Below the pieces are notes generated by a model. It made no database searches. It saw nothing but the letters and a program-made list of their open reading frames with translations, and was not told the origin of the DNA. A DNA stretch of 58,696 nt from Pseudomonadota bacterium. GTDB lineage: Bacteria; Pseudomonadota; Gammaproteobacteria; Steroidobacterales; Rariloculaceae. This document shows, one piece after another, positions 54,274-58,696 of the stretch. Where the stretch lies: positions 1 to 58,696 of the forward strand of contig JAZAGZ010000071.1 in NCBI GenBank assembly GCA_036231525.1. Direction: 5' to 3'. The position numbers were made by a program, and so were the translations under genes. How positions within the stretch are numbered: position 1 is the first letter of the stretch; every line of letters starts with the position of its first letter.

Positions 54274-55014
54274 TCAGTGCGTCATTGACCAAATCATAAA
54301 GTTGATGCCCAAACGAAACGCATCAGCTGCAGGTTTCAATGGCGAGTAGGCCTGATCGTACCAATCCCAAAAGTTGGCTAAATCATTGTTGTGCCCGGCA
54401 GCAATCGCGACCTCACCATCATCATTCAGCATGCCATAGTAAGTAATATCACCTCCGGGCACATAGTGGGACATGCCATTGAGGTCATTCAGCTGAAAAA
54501 GGATCCGGAATAAGCGGTGATCTGGCTCTAACCGGATGAAGGGACGATCCGGGAAGGCTCGCTGCACCTGCGATCGCATGGTATCCAACTGCCAAGGCCC
54601 ATCGAAGTCATCCATCAGCACAAAACCACCACGATCGATGAACTCTTTGAGATTTTCAACTTCCTTTTCCGTCAGCTCCATCTCACCGGGTTCGGACACA
54701 TAAGCAAATGGGTAATCAAAAACTTCATCACTTCCAAGCTCAATGATCCGATAGGAGGGGACCTCAATATCGATCCGGGTGGACTGCAAAATAAATCCGT
54801 TGAAATTCTCATCTGAGGATGGGTAGTTATGAGACCAACCGAAGTGCCCAATGGCCCCGTTCGTCCCAAAGTGCCATCGGGCAACAATAACCTCTGTCGC
54901 AGGAGGATTATTCTGCTCAATCCGATAGCGCCTACCAAATTGAGCCTGAGCACTCATAGTTACCAACAAGGTAATGAGTAACAACGTAACCGTAATTGTT
55001 TTTAGGGGGACCAT
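54274..55014 (-). CDS. DUF4159 domain-containing secreted protein
   Basis: Signal peptide from MVPLKTITVTLLLITLLVTMSAQAQ (ATG at 55014). GWSHNYPSSDENF and FAYVSEPGEMELTEKEVENLKEFIDRGGFVLMDDF match my memory of DUF4159. Confidence 0.55.
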   Translation of the reverse strand: MVPLKTITVTLLLITLLVTMSAQAQFGRRYRIEQNNPPATEVIVARWHFGTNGAIGHFGWSHNYPSSDENFNGFILQSTRIDIEVPSYRIIELGSDEVFDYPFAYVSEPGEMELTEKEVENLKEFIDRGGFVLMDDFDGPWQLDTMRSQVQRAFPDRPFIRLEPDHRLFRILFQLNDLNGMSHYVPGGDITYYGMLNDDGEVAIAAGHNNDLANFWDWYDQAYSPLKPAADAFRLGINFMIWSMTH

Positions 55015-55167
55015 GAAATCTTTTCTGGAGATGACACAATGCCACCGGAAGGATAACACGATGGTCGCGTGGACCCGATGATTAGACTTCCGCCCCAATA
55101 GCAGCTACTTGTCGCCAAGTCATTAATTTGAAAGCAAGATTAAAGTATAGCCAGCACATTCAAACCA

Positions 55168-55695
55168 ATGGACAATGCAGTCATGGAAAGCACCCAAACC
55201 ATTCACTACACCATTGTGAAGTCCGATCTCGGCTGGTTGTTGGTTGCTTCGACGGAACATGGGGTCTGCAATGTTGCTCTGGGGGATAACCAAAAAATAC
55301 TTCTTGAAACCCTCAAAAAGAGGTTTCCTGCCGCTAGAATTAACCAGAATGATGAAAGTCTTCGGGATTGGGCATCCGAAATCATCGCGTTTGTTCGAAA
55401 CCCGAAGGATGGATTTAATCTGCCTCTTGATGTACGAGGCACACCATTTCAGCAGCGCGTTTGGAAAGCATTGAGAGAGATCCCTCCAGGCAAAAAAACC
55501 ACTTACCAGAAAATAGCTCGAGTCATTGGCAAGCCTCTTGCGCATCGAGCCGTCGCTAATGCGTGCGGCGCTAATCCATTGGCTCTGCTAATACCGTGCC
55601 ACAGAGTCCTGCGTAAGGATGGTCAATTAGGAGGCTACCGCTGGGGTACTGACCGTAAACGTCAGCTTCTCAGATGGGAAGAACCGAATTGTTGA
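55168..55695 (+). CDS. ogt: methylated-DNA--protein-cysteine methyltransferase
   Basis: 175 aa. TPFQQRVWKALREIPPGKKTTYQ and the active site IPCHRV. Confidence 0.9.
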   Translation: MDNAVMESTQTIHYTIVKSDLGWLLVASTEHGVCNVALGDNQKILLETLKKRFPAARINQNDESLRDWASEIIAFVRNPKDGFNLPLDVRGTPFQQRVWKALREIPPGKKTTYQKIARVIGKPLAHRAVANACGANPLALLIPCHRVLRKDGQLGGYRWGTDRKRQLLRWEEPNC

Positions 55696-55711
55696 CGCAA
55701 GCAGACAAGTT

Positions 55712-56881
55712 CTAACTGAACACTTTAGAAAACGCCTGTTCCAGATCACCGATAAGATCATCAGGATGCTCAATCCCGACTGATAGTCGAACCGTCCTAT
55801 CGCTGATACCCGCAAGAACAATTTCCTCGGCACTCAGATCCTGCGCAAAATAAAGTTTGGCAGGCGCCACTAGAGATTCCGTAGACCCAATACTGGCGGT
55901 CGTGGCAAACAACTCAAGCGCATCAATAAAGTGCCGCGTTTCCTGCTCATCTGCTTTGAGATCAAAACTTAAAACAGCGCCGCAACAGTCCATTTGATCA
56001 GTGGCCAGGCTATGACCCGGATCGTCAGCAAGTCCCGGGTAGTAAACACGCTCGACCTTAGAGTGCGTATGCAGAAATTGCGCGATGGTAAGTGCCGTTT
56101 CTGAGTGACGTTGATACCGCAAATAATAGGTTCTCAGGCCTCGCAGAATCAGATAGGCCGCCCCCGGATCCAGGGTTGCACCCATATTGACTGCCCAGGG
56201 TTTTAGTTGCTTGATCTGCTTCTCGTCGGCAATAACCACTCCACCCATGACATCCCCGTGACCACTCGCATATTTAGTCAAACTATGAAAGTAGAAATCA
56301 ATTTTGAACTGCCCGTGATTATGCAGACCACCAAACGTATTATCCAAAACAGTTGTCACACTATGCTTACGTGCCAAATCAACGATTGCACCGATATCCG
56401 GAACCTGCATCATGGGATTTGTTGGTGCTTCGAAGATAAGTAATTTAGTGTCATCTGCTGCAAAAACCTCTGCGATACCATCCAGATCATGGATGCTTAG
56501 CATGGAAAAGTTGATTCCAAACTTAGGAAGCCGCTCCCTGATCATGGCTCGAATCGGTCGGTAACACTCAACGAAAAAGACAACACGATCACCTGCGCTG
56601 AGATTCCCCAACAACGAAAGCCAGGCGGCGGCCATTCCAGTAGACACGCATATCGCATCATCTCGCCCTTGCAACTCCGAGCTGAGAAGTTCTAATTGTC
56701 TCGTGGTCGGATTCGAATCACGGCTGTAATCGAAACCCTCCAGACGGGACTGTGGCGTTGTCGCCGAATCAATGTCCGGGAAAGTGAATTTTACCGAGCG
56801 ATATACTGGGTCCACCAAAGGCTTATTACCCTTCGGCATCGTTACCTTGGGTTGATGCGTGACACGAGTTTCTTTCTTCAT
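55712..56881 (-). CDS. Cys/Met-metabolism PLP enzyme (cystathionine gamma-synthase/beta-lyase family), paralog A
   Basis: 389 aa. STGMAA, DNTF, and PLP-Lys in HSLTKYASGHGDVMGG. ATGA overlap with the MOSC gene stop (56878-56881). Confidence 0.8.
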   Translation of the reverse strand: MKKETRVTHQPKVTMPKGNKPLVDPVYRSVKFTFPDIDSATTPQSRLEGFDYSRDSNPTTRQLELLSSELQGRDDAICVSTGMAAAWLSLLGNLSAGDRVVFFVECYRPIRAMIRERLPKFGINFSMLSIHDLDGIAEVFAADDTKLLIFEAPTNPMMQVPDIGAIVDLARKHSVTTVLDNTFGGLHNHGQFKIDFYFHSLTKYASGHGDVMGGVVIADEKQIKQLKPWAVNMGATLDPGAAYLILRGLRTYYLRYQRHSETALTIAQFLHTHSKVERVYYPGLADDPGHSLATDQMDCCGAVLSFDLKADEQETRHFIDALELFATTASIGSTESLVAPAKLYFAQDLSAEEIVLAGISDRTVRLSVGIEHPDDLIGDLEQAFSKVFS

Positions 56882-57690
56882 GCGTCGATGTCCTCGAGTA
56901 CCTCGATGGTATCTCCAACACTCACAGTCCCCAGATGGCGGGGAATAAGATTCTGACCGAACATTACACCCCCTGAACCAGAACGAAACTCTTTAAGGGT
57001 CCTGATGGGCTCGCCATCAGAATCTTTTAGTCCTGTCTCAGGATCGATTGTAGTCACAATACAACGAGTACAGGACCACTCTACGTCAAATTCCACCTCT
57101 CCAACACGGATATGCCGCCAGTTATCTTCGGCAAAAGCGTCATCTGCATCCATCACTAAATTGGACCGAAATCGACCCATCTGCAAAGGGTTTTCTAGTC
57201 GGTCATTAAGCGCAGCAAGCGATGCTTCAGAGGTAAGAAGTACTGGCGCTCCGTCAGCAAGGCTTACCAAATCACCTGCCCTGCCGCGACCAGCCTTAAT
57301 CGGTCGCAAGTGCTGCTCATTCATCTGCATTAACTGACACGGCAGTCCTAATGCCTCAGTAAACCATTTATTACAACCTTTCCCTACCACGGTAAGTTCA
57401 AGGTGATCATTCCAAATGCGAACTGTCCGCTCAGGTCCGTTACCCGGGACATCGGGAAGCTCAAGCGTCTCCTGTCCCTCGGTATCGATAGCCCAACCAT
57501 TATTGATCTTTCGAACCAAAATTCGTGCCATCTTTGGATACTCGCGTTGGGTAAGAAACCGACCATGCCTATCCACCAACATGTAACGTCGATCCCACAA
57601 AAAACCTCGTGGTTCCAACCTGGCGCTCTCAACAGAGACTCCCGCACACGACTTAATCGGGTACAACCTGATCTGTGTTATGCGCGGCAT
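56878..57690 (-). CDS. MOSC domain-containing protein (with N-terminal MOSC_N beta-barrel)
   Basis: MPRITQIRLYPIKSCAGVSV...FLWDRRYMLVD N-terminal module. C-terminal RFRSNLVM...CTRCIVTTIDPETG with the conserved Cys. Confidence 0.8.
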   Translation of the reverse strand: MPRITQIRLYPIKSCAGVSVESARLEPRGFLWDRRYMLVDRHGRFLTQREYPKMARILVRKINNGWAIDTEGQETLELPDVPGNGPERTVRIWNDHLELTVVGKGCNKWFTEALGLPCQLMQMNEQHLRPIKAGRGRAGDLVSLADGAPVLLTSEASLAALNDRLENPLQMGRFRSNLVMDADDAFAEDNWRHIRVGEVEFDVEWSCTRCIVTTIDPETGLKDSDGEPIRTLKEFRSGSGGVMFGQNLIPRHLGTVSVGDTIEVLEDIDA

Positions 57691-57702
57691 TGCGCGATAA
57701 CC

Positions 57703-58696
57703 TCAAACCGTAACGTGTTCTAACGCCTGAGTGAGGTCCGCAATGAGGTCTTCCACATCCTCTAGCCCCACGGACAAGCGAACCAGTCCGTCCGTAATTC
57801 CAACTCGCCTCCGTTCTTCCTCATCAACGTCCGCATGAGTCATGCTCGCTGGATGCGTGATTAGCGTCTCTACCGAACCCAAATTTTCCGCCAAAGCACA
57901 GAGCTGAACAGAATCCATTAAAAGTTTCCCACCATCAACGCCACCCTTCACCTCGAAGCAAAGCATTCCGCCAAATCCGTCGGACTGTTTCTTCGCCAAT
58001 TCATGTTGCTCAAAAGACGGGAGACCCGGATAAGCGACAGTAACAACCTTGGGATGGTTTTCGAGAAACTCGGCTATTGCCTGTGCATTCGCGGATTGAC
58101 GATCCATTCGAACTGACAGGGTTTTTACTCCTTGAAGCGTCAACCAAGCCACCCATGGGGACATGATGACTCCACTAGCATTCTGGATAAACCGGATGGA
58201 CTCATCAAGCTCTTCACTTTTGGCGATAACTGCACCACCTACGGTCGCGTTGTGCCCGTCAAAGTACTTTGTCGTACTGTGGATGGCGATATCGGCACCA
58301 AGCTCCAGGGGACGTTGGTAATAGGGTGAGAGAAACGTGTTATCTACCGCATGAGGTATCCCACTAGCCTGTGCAATATCGGAAACAGCCCGGATATCTG
58401 TGAGCTTCAAAGTTGGGTTGGCAGGTGTTTCCGTCAGGATAAGCCGAGTGTTGTCCTGAACCGCGGCTTGTACTGCTTCTGGGTCAGCTGAATTCGCAAA
58501 TGTGAAGTCAACGCCAAAACGTTGGTACACCTTTGTACAAAGACGGTAGGTTCCCCCATACGCTACGTCAGAAATGACAGCGTGATCACCAGCACTGAGG
58601 CAAGCTTGCAACACCGCTTGGATCGCGGCCATGCCCGTCGAATAACACGTACAGTCGTGTCCGTTCTCAAGCAGAGCTAACTTTTCCTCAAGCGCC
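57703..58696 (-). CDS. Cys/Met-metabolism PLP enzyme (cystathionine gamma-synthase / O-acylhomoserine sulfhydrylase / Met gamma-lyase family), paralog B; N-terminus beyond the right edge
   Basis: The track ORF starts at an internal Met (58632). Translating further upstream in the same frame gives ...ALEEKLALLENGHDCTCYSTGMAAIQ, open to the window edge. PLP-Lys lies in HSTTKYFDGHNATVGG. Confidence 0.8.
   Translation of the reverse strand, partial: ALEEKLALLENGHDCTCYSTGMAAIQAVLQACLSAGDHAVISDVAYGGTYRLCTKVYQRFGVDFTFANSADPEAVQAAVQDNTRLILTETPANPTLKLTDIRAVSDIAQASGIPHAVDNTFLSPYYQRPLELGADIAIHSTTKYFDGHNATVGGAVIAKSEELDESIRFIQNASGVIMSPWVAWLTLQGVKTLSVRMDRQSANAQAIAEFLENHPKVVTVAYPGLPSFEQHELAKKQSDGFGGMLCFEVKGGVDGGKLLMDSVQLCALAENLGSVETLITHPASMTHADVDEEERRRVGITDGLVRLSVGLEDVEDLIADLTQALEHVTV

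Overview
A 58.7-kb, roughly 50% GC, densely coding chromosomal segment. Gene content suggests a Gram-negative, probably marine, gammaproteobacterium, but that is inference and not checkable here. I support about 56 CDS, one riboswitch, one sigma-54 promoter, one clear intrinsic terminator and one coding tandem-repeat tract. I found no rRNA, tRNA, CRISPR array, transposase, integrase or prophage genes. Left to right:
- A partial indolepyruvate/2-oxoacid:ferredoxin oxidoreductase gene and a threonine dehydratase gene.
- A cobalamin riboswitch driving a btuF-C-D-B-like B12 uptake operon, followed by a DmeF-like Co/Ni efflux pump, a ModF-like double ABC ATPase and a MerC-like protein.
- A TorF-porin/glnK/amtB operon with a sigma-54 promoter.
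- purT, a TPR lipoprotein and a 2Fe-2S ferredoxin.
- A four-gene DUF2064 / TVP38 / GT2 / radical-SAM cluster (the rSAM/selenodomain-associated, 'arsenosugar-like' cluster).
- An MscS channel and two orphan hypothetical genes.
- proBA fused in one string with ilvH, divergent from the large acetolactate synthase subunit.
- bioA, then a phosphomannomutase gene, bioF and bioD, then a cyclase gene.
- The stand-out feature: a tightly packed 10-11 gene minus-strand operon (34379-47139).
- DUF4399 and cysteine synthase genes.
- A MacB/LolCDE-like ABC system with a LolA-like protein, a beta-barrel and DUF4159.
- ogt, then two trans-sulfuration PLP paralogs flanking a MOSC gene.

The stand-out operon encodes these parts:
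- a MotA/ExbB-type proton channel;
- two paralogous proteins with a MotB/ExbD-like Asp-containing TM helix, a coiled coil and a vWA domain;
- an Hsp70-like protein fused to FHA;
- an FHA-like/PEGA/FGE-like transmembrane protein;
- a TM-TPR protein and a minimal Ser/Thr kinase;
- two lipoproteins, one with an extreme SQ/QQG repeat;
- a small acidic secreted peptide and an OmpA-like anchor.

I interpret it as a candidate, apparently undescribed, ion-driven envelope machine under phospho-threonine control. All domain calls come from reading motifs by eye; no database search was possible.
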